A DNA stretch of 64,000 nt from Acidimicrobiia bacterium (GTDB lineage Bacteria; Actinomycetota; Acidimicrobiia; IMCC26256; JAENVU01). Where the stretch lies: positions 9,428 to 73,427 of the forward strand of contig JANYJV010000140.1 of assembly GCA_025361725.1 (NCBI GenBank), read 5' to 3'. Positions 36,925-45,851 of this stretch are shown here, in pieces. A model generated the notes under the pieces. That model saw only the letters and a program-made list of their open reading frames with translations. It was not told the DNA's origin and did not search any database. The position numbers and the translations under genes were made by a program. Within the stretch, counting starts at the first letter, position 1. Each line of letters starts with the position of its first letter.

Positions 36925-38265
36925 ATGACGCCCGAAGAACTCCGCGGCGAAATCCAGACCCTGGTCGCGCAGTATCACGACGCCGCGTTCGCCGCGTCTC
37001 CGTTCGTTGCGGGTGAAACGCCGGTGCCGGTCTCGGGCAAGGTGTTCGACGGCCACGAACTCGCGCTCCTCGTGGACGCATCCCTGGACTTCTGGCTCAC
37101 GACGGGCCGGTTCGCCGACGCCTTCGAACCGCGCTTCGCGGCCCTGATGGGAGCCGGTGCGGCGCGCCTGTGTAACTCCGGGTCGTCGGCGAACTTGCTG
37201 GCCGTTGCGTCACTGACCTCGATCACGCTCGGCGACGAAGCGCTGGCGCCGGGCGACGAAGTGATCACGTGCGCATCGGGTTTCCCCACCACGGTCACTC
37301 CGCTGTACCAGCACGGACTCGTCCCGGTGTACGTGGACGTCGACCCCGTGACGCTCAACCTCGACCCCACGCAGTTGGAAGCGGCCATCGGTCCGCGGAC
37401 TCGTGGGGTGATGGTGGCCCACACCTTGGGCAACCCCTTCGACCTCGACGCAGTACGCGCGTTGTGCGATCGACACGGGCTCTGGCTCGTCGAGGACTGT
37501 TGTGACGCCGTGGGCTCCACCTACCGGGACGCACCGGTCGGCTCGTTCGGCGCACTCGCCACCACCAGCTTCTATCCCGCCCATCACATCACCATGGGTG
37601 AGGGCGGCTGCGTCCTCGTGAATCAACCTCGCCTGGAGAAAGTGGTGGAGTCGTTCCGCGACTGGGGCCGAGACTGCTGGTGCGCGCCCGGCGCCGAGAA
37701 CACCTGCGGACGCCGATTCGGGTGGCAACTCGGTGAGCTGCCGTTCGGGTACGACCACAAGTACATCTACTCCCACCTCGGTTACAACCTGAAGCTCACC
37801 GACATGCAAGCGGCCGTCGGCCTCGCCCAGCTGGACAAGCTCCCAGGATTCATCACGACCCGCAAGGCCAACTGGCAGCGGCTCCACGACGGATTCGCAG
37901 ATCTGGATGCGCTCGACATCGTCCTCCCCACTCCGAACTCGGACCCGGCCTGGTTCGGCTTCCCGCTCCTGGTCTCTGATGCGGCCGGATTCGAACGCTT
38001 CGATCTCGTCGAACACCTCGAGGCCGCCAAGATCGCGACTCGGCTGGTGTTCGGAGGCAACCTGCTCCGCCAGCCCGCATTCGCCGGCCGGGAGCATCGC
38101 CGAATTGGAGCCCTCCCCAACGCCGACGCGGTCGCCGAACGTGGCCTCTGGATCGGGTGCTACCCCGGCCTTTCGGCGCCGATGATCGACTACACGATCG
38201 ACGTCATCCGCGAGTTCGTCGCCGCGCCCGTGATCGCTCCTCGTCGGGATCGACGTGGACGCTGA
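36925..38265 (+). CDS. rfbH: CDP-4-keto-6-deoxy-glucose 3-dehydrase (E1; RfbH/DdhC/AscC type, PMP- and [2Fe-2S]-dependent)
   Basis: The track start is TTG 36922, and ATG 36925 follows immediately. The protein has a DegT/DnrJ/EryC1 fold with [13 protein letters not shown] (His in place of the PLP lysine; CAT 37582-37584). Four cysteines are spaced C-X57-C-X1-C-X7-C (EDCC...[14 protein letters not shown]; TGC codons at 37675, 37681 and 37705). Confidence 0.9.
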   Translation: MTPEELRGEIQTLVAQYHDAAFAASPFVAGETPVPVSGKVFDGHELALLVDASLDFWLTTGRFADAFEPRFAALMGAGAARLCNSGSSANLLAVASLTSITLGDEALAPGDEVITCASGFPTTVTPLYQHGLVPVYVDVDPVTLNLDPTQLEAAIGPRTRGVMVAHTLGNPFDLDAVRALCDRHGLWLVEDCCDAVGSTYRDAPVGSFGALATTSFYPAHHITMGEGGCVLVNQPRLEKVVESFRDWGRDCWCAPGAENTCGRRFGWQLGELPFGYDHKYIYSHLGYNLKLTDMQAAVGLAQLDKLPGFITTRKANWQRLHDGFADLDALDIVLPTPNSDPAWFGFPLLVSDAAGFERFDLVEHLEAAKIATRLVFGGNLLRQPAFAGREHRRIGALPNADAVAERGLWIGCYPGLSAPMIDYTIDVIREFVAAPVIAPRRDRRGR

Positions 38266-38818
38266 ACCCACGGCCATCCCCGGTTGTCTGATCCGACCCT
38301 TGTTCCACCACACCGACGACCGCGGCGAGTTCGTCAAGGTGTACCAAGCATCCGGTCAATCAGAGACTCAGGACGACGGCGAGGAGGCCGACATCGCCGA
38401 GTTGTTCTGGTCCCGGTCCGCGCGTGGCGTGGTGCGTGGCCTCCACTTTCAGGTGCCACCGCACGCGCACGCCAAGTTGGTGACCGTCATCTCCGGTACC
38501 GCGCTCGATGTGGTCGTAGATCTGCGCGTCGGGTCACCCACCTACGGTGACCACGTGACCATCGCCCTCAATGCCGCTACTCCCGTGGCGGTCCAAGTAC
38601 CGATCGGATGCGCCCACGGATTTCAATCGACGATCGATGACACCGTGATCCTCTACGCGACGAGCACCGAACATGCACCGGACGTGGACCGGGGGATCCG
38701 GTGGGACAGCATCGGGGTGGAGTGGCCGATCCCCCGCGTCGTGGTGTCCCACCGAGACGCCGAGTTCCCGTGGCTTGCAGACTTCGAGTCGCCGTTCACC
38801 TTCGGCTCGTCCGCATGA
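38255..38818 (+). CDS. RmlC-like cupin sugar-nucleotide 3,5- (or 5-) epimerase
   Basis: 187 aa from GTG 38255, overlapping the rfbH 3' end by 11 nt. ...[10 protein letters not shown]...[32 protein letters not shown]...GCAHGF... is the RmlC/AscE-type pattern. Confidence 0.8.
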   Translation: MDAEPTAIPGCLIRPLFHHTDDRGEFVKVYQASGQSETQDDGEEADIAELFWSRSARGVVRGLHFQVPPHAHAKLVTVISGTALDVVVDLRVGSPTYGDHVTIALNAATPVAVQVPIGCAHGFQSTIDDTVILYATSTEHAPDVDRGIRWDSIGVEWPIPRVVVSHRDAEFPWLADFESPFTFGSSA

Positions 38819-39675
38819 CCGAGCGCCACGCCTTGGTCACCGGCGCCACCGGCTTCGTCGGCACGGCCGTGGTACGCCGCCTCGCGGCGGACGGATGGGC
38901 CGTCGACGCGCTGGTTCGCACCGACGGTGCGGTTCTCCCCGAAGGCGTCCGACCTCAGCTGGTCCCCGACTCCGTCGACGAAATGATCGAGCTCGTCGGG
39001 AATCTCGTGCCGACCCATTGCTTCCACCTCGCCACCGCGTTTCGCGGCGTGCACACCCCGGCGGACATCGCACCGATGATCGACGCGAACCTTGGATTCG
39101 GGACCATGGTGGCCGAAGCGTGTGCTCGGATTCCGGACCTGCGTTTCGTGAACACCGCCACGGTGTGGCAGCACTTCGATGCCGCGGCCTACAGCCCGGT
39201 CTCGCTCTACGCGGCCACCAAACAAGCCTTCGCCGATCTGCTGGTCTTCTACGCCGAGGTCGAAGGGTTGGCCGTGCACACGCTGGAGTTGACCGACACC
39301 TACGGCCCCAGCGATCCGCGGCCGAAGTTGATCCCGTTCCTCCTGCGCGCCGGGGCGGAGGGAACTCGACTCGAGATGACCGACGGATCGCAGCTCATCG
39401 ACCTCGTCCACGTGGAAGACGCGGTTCGTGCACTGCTCGCGACCGCCGCGGCTCCGCCCGGGCCGAGCTACGGCGCGCGTGGTGACGGAGCGATCACGTT
39501 GCGCGAACTGGTCGACCGTTTCCAAGCTGCGACGGGGCTCACGCTCGACGTTGTGTGGGGCGCGCGAGCTTCCCGACCCCGCGAGATGGTGCGTCCGTGG
39601 ATGACGGCCGAGCCGCCACCCGGATGGTCACCCGAGATCCGTCTCGACGACGGTCTCCGCGCCCTCGTCACCTGA
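38815..39675 (+). CDS. NAD(P)-dependent sugar-nucleotide 4-reductase-type SDR (AscF/RfbS/RfbJ-like)
   Basis: ATG 38815 overlaps TGA 38816-38818 (ATGA), inside track ORF 38701..39675. It carries LVTGATGFVGTAV and the catalytic YAATK. At 286 aa it is the last gene of the dideoxyhexose operon. Confidence 0.7.
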   Translation: MTERHALVTGATGFVGTAVVRRLAADGWAVDALVRTDGAVLPEGVRPQLVPDSVDEMIELVGNLVPTHCFHLATAFRGVHTPADIAPMIDANLGFGTMVAEACARIPDLRFVNTATVWQHFDAAAYSPVSLYAATKQAFADLLVFYAEVEGLAVHTLELTDTYGPSDPRPKLIPFLLRAGAEGTRLEMTDGSQLIDLVHVEDAVRALLATAAAPPGPSYGARGDGAITLRELVDRFQAATGLTLDVVWGARASRPREMVRPWMTAEPPPGWSPEIRLDDGLRALVT

Positions 39676-39677
39676 GA

Positions 39678-39734
39678 GGGCGCCCCAAGAGCCAACGAGC
39701 GCCTCCGGAACCCCAAGGACCCCGTGGGGCGCCC
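39678..39734. terminator. 10-bp perfect inverted repeat between convergent genes (possible bidirectional terminator or structured element)
   Basis: GGGCGCCCCA (39678-39687) and TGGGGCGCCC (39725-39734) are exact reverse complements with a 37-nt spacer. The first arm starts 3 nt after the TGA at 39673-39675. There is no U-tract. Confidence 0.25.
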
Positions 39735-39805
39735 GTGGCCCGAGCGGCCCGTGAACGAAGTGAACAAGAGCGGGAGATCAGTTCGCCAATCCGACGACGC
39801 CGAAC

Positions 39806-40513
39806 CTATTGGCCCTCGTCACCTGAGCCGGCTCGGGGCGGTCGTTTCCCGATGCGCGCGTACGCCGTGTCCGGGATGGCGCTGAGGTCCTTGTACACGT
39901 GGTGCACGCACGGGTCGCCGGCGCGTTCGGGCGGGAACTCGATGCTCGTGGGGACATCACCCCATTCGACCGGTTGGATTTCGTTGTTCACCGAGCAGTG
40001 GGCGCAGTAGACCCACATCGACTCGCGATCGAACGTGCGCGGTGCCCGCTCCGCCAACGTGGCGTAGGCGTGCTCACCCTCGTAGCGACCGTCGTCGACC
40101 AACTTCCCGCCGCTGCCGCACTCGAACTCAAGGATGATCTTCTCGTCGTCCTCACTCACGGCGACCGCGCCCATGTTGGCCAGCATCGACCGGGCGATCA
40201 CCTTGGCCCGCTGCGCGGCCGGCAGGTCACCCCACGGGCGCTCGGACGTTCGCCGGGGTCGCACGAAGGTCTCCCCGGTACTGCGCAGCGCCCGCTCGAC
40301 CGCCTCCTCCCCCATCTCCTCGCTGATAAAGGTGAGCAGCGACGTGATCCAGTTGATCGAGTAGTCCTGCAAGCTCGACCATTGGTCGACCGCGCGATCG
40401 ATCAGTTCCTTTGCGGTCTCTGCGCCGCCGGCATCGATCGCGGCCTTGGCCTGCTCCCAGATCGGAGTCTGCATTTTGGCGATCTCGGCCGCGCTCAGGA
40501 TCGGCTCACTCAC
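39806..40513 (-). CDS. hypothetical protein with Cys/His cluster, co-transcribed with an acyl-CoA dehydrogenase
   Basis: 235 aa, starting 9 nt downstream of the ACAD stop. ...ILEFECGSGGKLVDDGRYEG...MWVYCAHCSVNNEIQP...GDPCVHHVYK... I recognise no family. Confidence 0.5.
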   Translation of the reverse strand: MSEPILSAAEIAKMQTPIWEQAKAAIDAGGAETAKELIDRAVDQWSSLQDYSINWITSLLTFISEEMGEEAVERALRSTGETFVRPRRTSERPWGDLPAAQRAKVIARSMLANMGAVAVSEDDEKIILEFECGSGGKLVDDGRYEGEHAYATLAERAPRTFDRESMWVYCAHCSVNNEIQPVEWGDVPTSIEFPPERAGDPCVHHVYKDLSAIPDTAYARIGKRPPRAGSGDEGQ

Positions 40514-40522
40514 GGTTACTCC

Positions 40523-41716
40523 CTACGCGCGCGGCAAGCCGAGGACGCGCTCGGCGATGATGTTGCGTTGGATCTCGCTGGTGCCGCCCGGGATCGTGCC
40601 GCCGAACGAACGCATCCACTGCGTCAGCCACGCGCCGTCCCGCCACAGCCGCGGGCCGAGTCGGTTGCGATCGAGTCCCGCCGCACCGATCGCGCTGGTA
40701 CCGATGGCGAGACTGCGCTGGACGCTCTCACTCCCGAACAGCTTCAGCAGTGAGTGCTCGGGAGCGGACTTGCCGGCCATGAACTTGGAGAACCCGCGGA
40801 AGCCCATGCACAGGAGCGCCTGCGCGTCGATGGCGACACTCGCCACCTCGTCCCGGTACACCGCGTCGTCGCCGATACGACCGCCCCCGGCGCGCGGTTC
40901 TGCGCCGAGCGCCACCAAGCCCCGCAGCGATCGCTCGACGTTGTACGCGTAGTCGATCCAGAGCATGGCGCGTTCGTGTGCCAGCGAGCCCTGGGTGATC
41001 GGCCATCCGTGGTCGACCTCACCGAGCAGGTTCGCCATCGGAACGCGCGCGTCGGTGAAGAAGACCTCGTTGAAGTCCATGAAGTCGGGCTCGGTGAGTT
41101 CGGGAAACGGCCTTGCTTCCACGCCCGGGGTCGTCATGTCCACGATCAGCGCGGTGATGCCCTTGTGCTTCGGAACTTCGGTGTTGGTACGCACGAAACA
41201 GAGACACCAATCGGCTTGGTGCGCACCCGAGGTCCACACCTTCTGTCCGTTCACCACGAACTCGTCGCCGTCGCGGACCGCACGAGTCCGCAGGCTCGCG
41301 AGGTCGCTCCCCGCCGTCGGTTCGCTCATCCCGAGACACCACGAGATCTCGGCTCGCAGGGTGGGAAGCAGGAACTGCTGTTGCTGCGCATCGGTCCCGT
41401 AGTCGCGAATCGACGGTGCGATGATCCCGAGACCTTGGGGGTTCAGACTGCGCGGAATCTCGCGGCGAGACATCTCCTCGAAATAGATCATCTGCTCGAC
41501 GGGCGACGCGTCCCGGCCACCGAGTTCCGGGGGCCACCCCGGGACCAACCACCCGGCGTCGAACAGCCGGCGTTGCCAATCGCGCGCCCACGGTTGGAGA
41601 TCCGCACTCGACGCTTTCGGCATCCGCAGCTGCTCGGGCGACGGGGCGTTCGACTCCAGCCAGCTCACCAACTCGGAGCGGAATGCTTCCTCGCCGGCTC
41701 CGTATCGCAGTCGCAC
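40523..41716 (-). CDS. acyl-CoA dehydrogenase (alpha-type subunit)
   Basis: Track ORF 40523..42190, trimmed to GTG 41716 (VRLRYGAGEEAFRSEL...) because the upstream 158 codons are Arg/Pro-rich junk. ...[17 protein letters not shown]...[12 protein letters not shown]...[21 protein letters not shown]. Confidence 0.85.
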   Translation of the reverse strand: MRLRYGAGEEAFRSELVSWLESNAPSPEQLRMPKASSADLQPWARDWQRRLFDAGWLVPGWPPELGGRDASPVEQMIYFEEMSRREIPRSLNPQGLGIIAPSIRDYGTDAQQQQFLLPTLRAEISWCLGMSEPTAGSDLASLRTRAVRDGDEFVVNGQKVWTSGAHQADWCLCFVRTNTEVPKHKGITALIVDMTTPGVEARPFPELTEPDFMDFNEVFFTDARVPMANLLGEVDHGWPITQGSLAHERAMLWIDYAYNVERSLRGLVALGAEPRAGGGRIGDDAVYRDEVASVAIDAQALLCMGFRGFSKFMAGKSAPEHSLLKLFGSESVQRSLAIGTSAIGAAGLDRNRLGPRLWRDGAWLTQWMRSFGGTIPGGTSEIQRNIIAERVLGLPRA

Positions 41717-41763
41717 AGCCGGAAACGTACCCGCTAGCGTCGCCCGGCTGACGCCGACGTCAG

Positions 41764-42843
41764 GTGAGTCCCATGGATTTCGAGTTCCACGACGACCAGG
41801 AACAGCTCCGGGATTCGGTGCGCCGCTACCTCGCGGACCGAGCGCCGATCTCATACGTGCGGTCCCACTACGGCCGGCCCGTGCCGGTCGACGCGGTGTG
41901 GTCCGGCCTCGTTGATCTCGGATTGACCGCGATGCCGATACCGGAGCATTCCGGAGGGACCGGCGCCGGTCTCGTGGACCTGGCGCTGGTGCTCGGCGAG
42001 ATGGGCCGGTCCGTCTACCCGGGTCCTTTTGCCAGCTCGGCCATCGGCGCCACCAGCCTGCTCGTTGCGCTGCCGGGCGACGCCGTCGCCGCCGAATGGC
42101 TCCCGCGCCTGGCTTCCGGCGCGGCCGTGGCCACGATCGCGCGCTCCGACCACCGCTCGGCGCCAGTCCACACCGATGCACACGGCGCACTCCGCGGCAC
42201 CAAGCTGCATGTTCCCGATGCTGAGTTTGCCGATCTCGTGCTCGTCGTCGCCGACGCTGATACCGCGTGCATCGCCGTGCGTCCGGACGAGCCGGGCGTG
42301 ACGATCACGCGCAGCGAGACCGTCGACGGTTCCCGCAGCTTCGCCACCGTCGAGCTCGACGGAGCGCATGGGATCACGCTGACCGGTGACGTTTCTGCTG
42401 CGGTCGAAGCCGCCACCGACCGCCTCGGAGTGGCCTGGGTCCTCGACGGCATCGGTGCGGCCGAGCGGGCGCTCGAACTGACGCTGGACTATGCGAAGGT
42501 GCGCGAGCAGTTCGGCCGTCCGATCGGTTCCTTTCAGGCCGTGCAACACCTCTGCGCCGACATGCTCCGCGCGATCGAACTCGGGCGCGCGGTCGGCTAT
42601 TACGCGGCGTGGGCGTGCGACGACGCGAGTCCCGAGGAACGCCATCGCGCCGCCACCATGGCTCGAGCCTTCGCCGCCAACGACTTCTACCGGGTGGCCG
42701 CGAACGCGATCCAGATCTTTGGTGGCGTGGGGTTCACGTGGGAACACGACATCCACCTGTTCTACAAGCGGCTCCTCACGCTGCAACTCGCCGACGGCAG
42801 CGCCGCCGATCACCTCGAAACGCTCGCCTCCATCGTGCTCTGA
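41764..42843 (+). CDS. acyl-CoA dehydrogenase family protein (beta-type subunit)
   Basis: 359 aa, divergent from 40523..41716 with a 47-bp gap. ...FGRPIGSFQAVQHLCADM...QIFGGVGFTWEHDIHLFYKRL... The start is GTG 41764 or ATG 41773. Confidence 0.8.
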   Translation: MSPMDFEFHDDQEQLRDSVRRYLADRAPISYVRSHYGRPVPVDAVWSGLVDLGLTAMPIPEHSGGTGAGLVDLALVLGEMGRSVYPGPFASSAIGATSLLVALPGDAVAAEWLPRLASGAAVATIARSDHRSAPVHTDAHGALRGTKLHVPDAEFADLVLVVADADTACIAVRPDEPGVTITRSETVDGSRSFATVELDGAHGITLTGDVSAAVEAATDRLGVAWVLDGIGAAERALELTLDYAKVREQFGRPIGSFQAVQHLCADMLRAIELGRAVGYYAAWACDDASPEERHRAATMARAFAANDFYRVAANAIQIFGGVGFTWEHDIHLFYKRLLTLQLADGSAADHLETLASIVL

Positions 42844-44165
42844 CCTCGGGGCGCACGCCGTCGCGCCGCTGCGGTCATGGCCACGGCGGCGAGGACGACG
42901 ATGATCGGTTCGGCCGGAACCCGGAACCGGGTTTGGCCGTAGGAGAGCAGCGCGCCGGCGGTCACGATCACCGGCGGAACGAGCAGGAACCACATGCGGA
43001 CCCGACGTCGACGCAGCACGATGGCACCGACGATCGCGAGTGCGAGCAGCGGGTAATAGAACCAGAGGCCCAGGTTCGTGAGCCAGCGCGGGCGTCCCTC
43101 GGCTTCGTTGATGAACAGCATGTCTTTCGGCCGGAACAGCCCCCAGTCTCGTGCCACCCGCGCCGCCACCACCTTCACGAACTGACCGCGCCGGCCGTCG
43201 TTGATGTAGGCGATCGCGCGCTGCCGGTAGATCTTCGAGATGCGGGACTGATCCCCCGGTGGTGCGTGCTTCGGGATGCACACGGTGAGGTTGGTCAGGC
43301 CGATCGCGCGGCCGAAGAAGACGGCGTCACAGGTCGAGCCGAGAATGGCGATGCCGTCGTTGGTGGAGATGAAGGTCGTGTCCGAGAACCGACTCTGATT
43401 GAACGCAACCCACGGGCCCACGACGACGAGCGCGCCGAGCCCGACCACCGCAATCGAGGTGAGACGGGTGCGCAGCGACCGGGTCCGCCAGGTCCAGAAC
43501 AGCGGAATCGCGAGCAGTGGCGCGAGCAGGATGAGTTCGGCCCGGGCCAACGCAGCAAGACCGCAGACCACGCCCAACCCCGCTGCGACGTTCCGCGATG
43601 GTTGCTCGACGAGTCGGAGAAACAGCAACAGTGCACCGACGACGGCCGCGACCGCGAAGGCCTCCGACATGATGAGGCCGTCGTTCACCCAGAGGTAGGG
43701 ATAGATCGCGGCAATGCCCGCGGCGATCAGTCCCGCGGTTTCGCCGGCCAACCGTCGAGCCAGCATCGCCATGAGGACGATCCCGAAGAGTCCGACGATC
43801 AGGATCTCGAACCGCACGATGAGCTGTGTGGTCGGCTCGGCCAGCCCGAGCTGGTCACCCGCCCAGATCACCGGCAGGATGGCGAAGACCGTGAGCGGCG
43901 GATGGTCAGCCGCGGGCCGCGACCGGTGGGGGTGGCCGGGCAAGAACTCGAAAGGATCGTTGTATCCGTGGCCCTTGCCGAGCTGACGGGCCTGGAGCTC
44001 GTAGTACCCGGCGTCGTAGAAGGAATGGTCGTGGCGGGCGACGGCGAGGATGAACGTGGTCCGGATCCCGGCCGCGAGCACCAGGATCACGAGCAGCGCC
44101 GCACGGAAGCGGCGCGAGGTCGGTCCGAGCACCCGCTCGACGTTAGCGGCGCTACGCCGGCCCAC
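42810..44165 (-). CDS. GT-C family membrane glycosyltransferase (ArnT/PMT-like), paralog of 2573..3919
   Basis: Track ORF 42810..44609, trimmed to GTG 44165 (GTG 44132 is also possible) because the upstream part overlaps the thiolase-like gene. ...FYDAGYYELQARQLGKGHGYN...LAALARAELILLAP...YGQTRFRVPAEPIIVVL. There is a 34-nt convergent overlap with the ACAD gene. Confidence 0.7.
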   Translation of the reverse strand: MGRRSAANVERVLGPTSRRFRAALLVILVLAAGIRTTFILAVARHDHSFYDAGYYELQARQLGKGHGYNDPFEFLPGHPHRSRPAADHPPLTVFAILPVIWAGDQLGLAEPTTQLIVRFEILIVGLFGIVLMAMLARRLAGETAGLIAAGIAAIYPYLWVNDGLIMSEAFAVAAVVGALLLFLRLVEQPSRNVAAGLGVVCGLAALARAELILLAPLLAIPLFWTWRTRSLRTRLTSIAVVGLGALVVVGPWVAFNQSRFSDTTFISTNDGIAILGSTCDAVFFGRAIGLTNLTVCIPKHAPPGDQSRISKIYRQRAIAYINDGRRGQFVKVVAARVARDWGLFRPKDMLFINEAEGRPRWLTNLGLWFYYPLLALAIVGAIVLRRRRVRMWFLLVPPVIVTAGALLSYGQTRFRVPAEPIIVVLAAVAMTAAARRRAPRGQSTMEASVSR

Positions 44166-44194
44166 TGCGGTGGTGGGCAGTTGATCGGTGACGT

Positions 44195-45400
44195 TCAGCG
44201 GTGGGTGGTGAGCAACAGCGCACCGGCGAGCGGACCACCGCCGGCACAGGCCACCCCGACCTCGGGATCGCCGGCCACCTGACGCGGACCACCCTCGCCC
44301 CACAGTTGGGTGCATGCCTCGTGGAGAAATCCGTAGCCGTGCAACCGTCCGGCCGACAGCTGCCCGCCGTGAGTGTTCAGGGGCAACACGCCACTGTCGC
44401 GCGCAATGTTCGTGCCGCCCTCGAGAAACGGACCCGCCTCGCCGTGCCCGCAGAACCCCATCGCCTCCAGCCACGTGAGCGCGATGAATGAGAAGCCGTC
44501 GTACATCTCGGCCAGGTCCACGTCGGCGGGCGTGAGGTCCGTGCGACCCCAGAGCTGCGCGCTCGCGTCGCGATTCGCCATCGTGGTCAGGTCGTCGAAC
44601 TGATCCCAACTCGGCCGCCCGCGCAACGCAGTGCCGACGGCCTCCACGTGGATCGGCGGCTTCGCCAGATCGGCGACGGTGTCCACGTGCGACACGATCA
44701 CTGCGGTCGCGCCATCGCAGGGCACATCGCAGTCGTACAACGACAGCGGCGTCGACACCATACGAACGTTGAGGTAATCGTCCATCGTCATCGGGTCGGT
44801 GTAGATCGCCTTCGGATTCAGCGCGGCGTTCTTGCGGGCGTTCAGGGGGATCTGACCGAGCTGTTCACGCGTGGTCCCGAACTCGTGGAAGTGCCGCTGC
44901 GCCATGAGTGCAATCCACGGTGCGGCCGACGGTGCCGCGAACGGCAACGTCCATTCCATGAATCCGCTCGCACGGAAGCTGCCACCGCCACCGCTGCCCG
45001 GCATGGTGGATGCGCGCCCCTTGGTTCCCTGCGCGCTGCCTTCGTAGACACTGCGGAAACAGAGCACGTGGGTGGCGAGACCCGCCGCCACGGCAAGACA
45101 GGCATTGATCACCGAACCGAGCTGACCCGGTGCTTCGATACCGCCGGACCACCAACCGAGTTCGAGCCGGAGCGCGTCCTGCACGTCCACCACGCCCGCA
45201 CCGCTGAACCCCGGAGGGATCGACATCGGACCCGGGTACGTCGCGACGCCGTCGATGTCCTTCGTGGTCAGACCGGCATCGGCGATCGCCGCGAGACACG
45301 CGTCGAGCGTGAGTTCCAACGGATCGCGGAACAGGCGACGCCCGATGTCGGACTGACCGGCACCGCTGATGACGGTCTGCTTCTCGATGAACGTGCTCAC
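44195..45400 (-). CDS. thiolase-superfamily protein, SCP-x / lipid-transfer-protein (Ltp) type
   Basis: 401 aa. MSTFIEKQTVISGAGQSDIGRR...DIDGVATYPG...GGQLSAGRLHGYGFLHEACTQL... is typical of the non-acetoacetyl Ltp-like branch that partners with DUF35 proteins. The GTG start overlaps the DUF35 stop (GTGA, 45397-45400). Confidence 0.8.
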   Translation of the reverse strand: MSTFIEKQTVISGAGQSDIGRRLFRDPLELTLDACLAAIADAGLTTKDIDGVATYPGPMSIPPGFSGAGVVDVQDALRLELGWWSGGIEAPGQLGSVINACLAVAAGLATHVLCFRSVYEGSAQGTKGRASTMPGSGGGGSFRASGFMEWTLPFAAPSAAPWIALMAQRHFHEFGTTREQLGQIPLNARKNAALNPKAIYTDPMTMDDYLNVRMVSTPLSLYDCDVPCDGATAVIVSHVDTVADLAKPPIHVEAVGTALRGRPSWDQFDDLTTMANRDASAQLWGRTDLTPADVDLAEMYDGFSFIALTWLEAMGFCGHGEAGPFLEGGTNIARDSGVLPLNTHGGQLSAGRLHGYGFLHEACTQLWGEGGPRQVAGDPEVGVACAGGGPLAGALLLTTHR

Positions 45401-45849
45401 GCGCTCGTCCGATCAGGTTCGAACAGCGGGATGGCGATCACGTCCTCACCGTCGGCGTGGATCTCGAACGTCACGCGCATTGGCATGCCGATCACGAGGT
45501 CGTCGTGCGCGCAGTTGACGATATTGGTGGTGAGGCGCAGATCGGCTTGCTCGGGGATGTCGACGATCCCGATCACGTAGGGCAGCTCCGGCCCCGGCAT
45601 CCACGCCTGATGGTTGATGGTGTACGTGTGCAATGTTGCGCGCCCCGACACCGTGGACGGCGCGAGGTCCTTCGAGTGACAGACCGGACACACCGCCGTC
45701 GGTGGATGGTTGTAGTAGCCGCACGCGTTGCACCGCAGGAAGCGAAGTTCGCCGCGGGTGCCGGCGGTCCAGAACTCGCGGTTCAGGTCCGTGAGCGCCG
45801 GCAAGATCCGGAATGGGAGGTCGGCGGTCGGTGCGGGCGAGTCGGCCAT
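45397..45849 (-). CDS. DUF35 OB-fold / zinc-ribbon protein
   Basis: Track ORF 45397..46047, trimmed to ATG 45849 (MADSPAP...). It has a zinc ribbon RCNACGYYNHPPTAVCPVCHS followed by an OB-fold. Confidence 0.75.
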   Translation of the reverse strand: MADSPAPTADLPFRILPALTDLNREFWTAGTRGELRFLRCNACGYYNHPPTAVCPVCHSKDLAPSTVSGRATLHTYTINHQAWMPGPELPYVIGIVDIPEQADLRLTTNIVNCAHDDLVIGMPMRVTFEIHADGEDVIAIPLFEPDRTSA

Positions 45850-45851
45850 GC

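Noticed and set aside
40523-42190. Long N-terminal extensions on several track ORFs (for example 40523..42190, 48482..51184, 1323..2570, 2138..3919, 19541..21109, 55532..57220 and 61619..62974)
   Set aside because: In each case the recognisable protein begins at an internal ATG or GTG. That start often has a Shine-Dalgarno-like purine run or a 1-4 nt overlap with the upstream gene. The extension is Arg/Pro-rich and overlaps a neighbouring gene, so I trimmed the starts rather than calling fusion proteins.
42609-44282. 557-aa plus-strand ORF antisense to the GT-C paralog
   Set aside because: The minus strand encodes a convincing multi-TM GT39/83-like protein that is paralogous to 2573..3919. 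The plus-strand translation is a charged Arg/Asp/Glu/His-rich string with no TM segments or domains.
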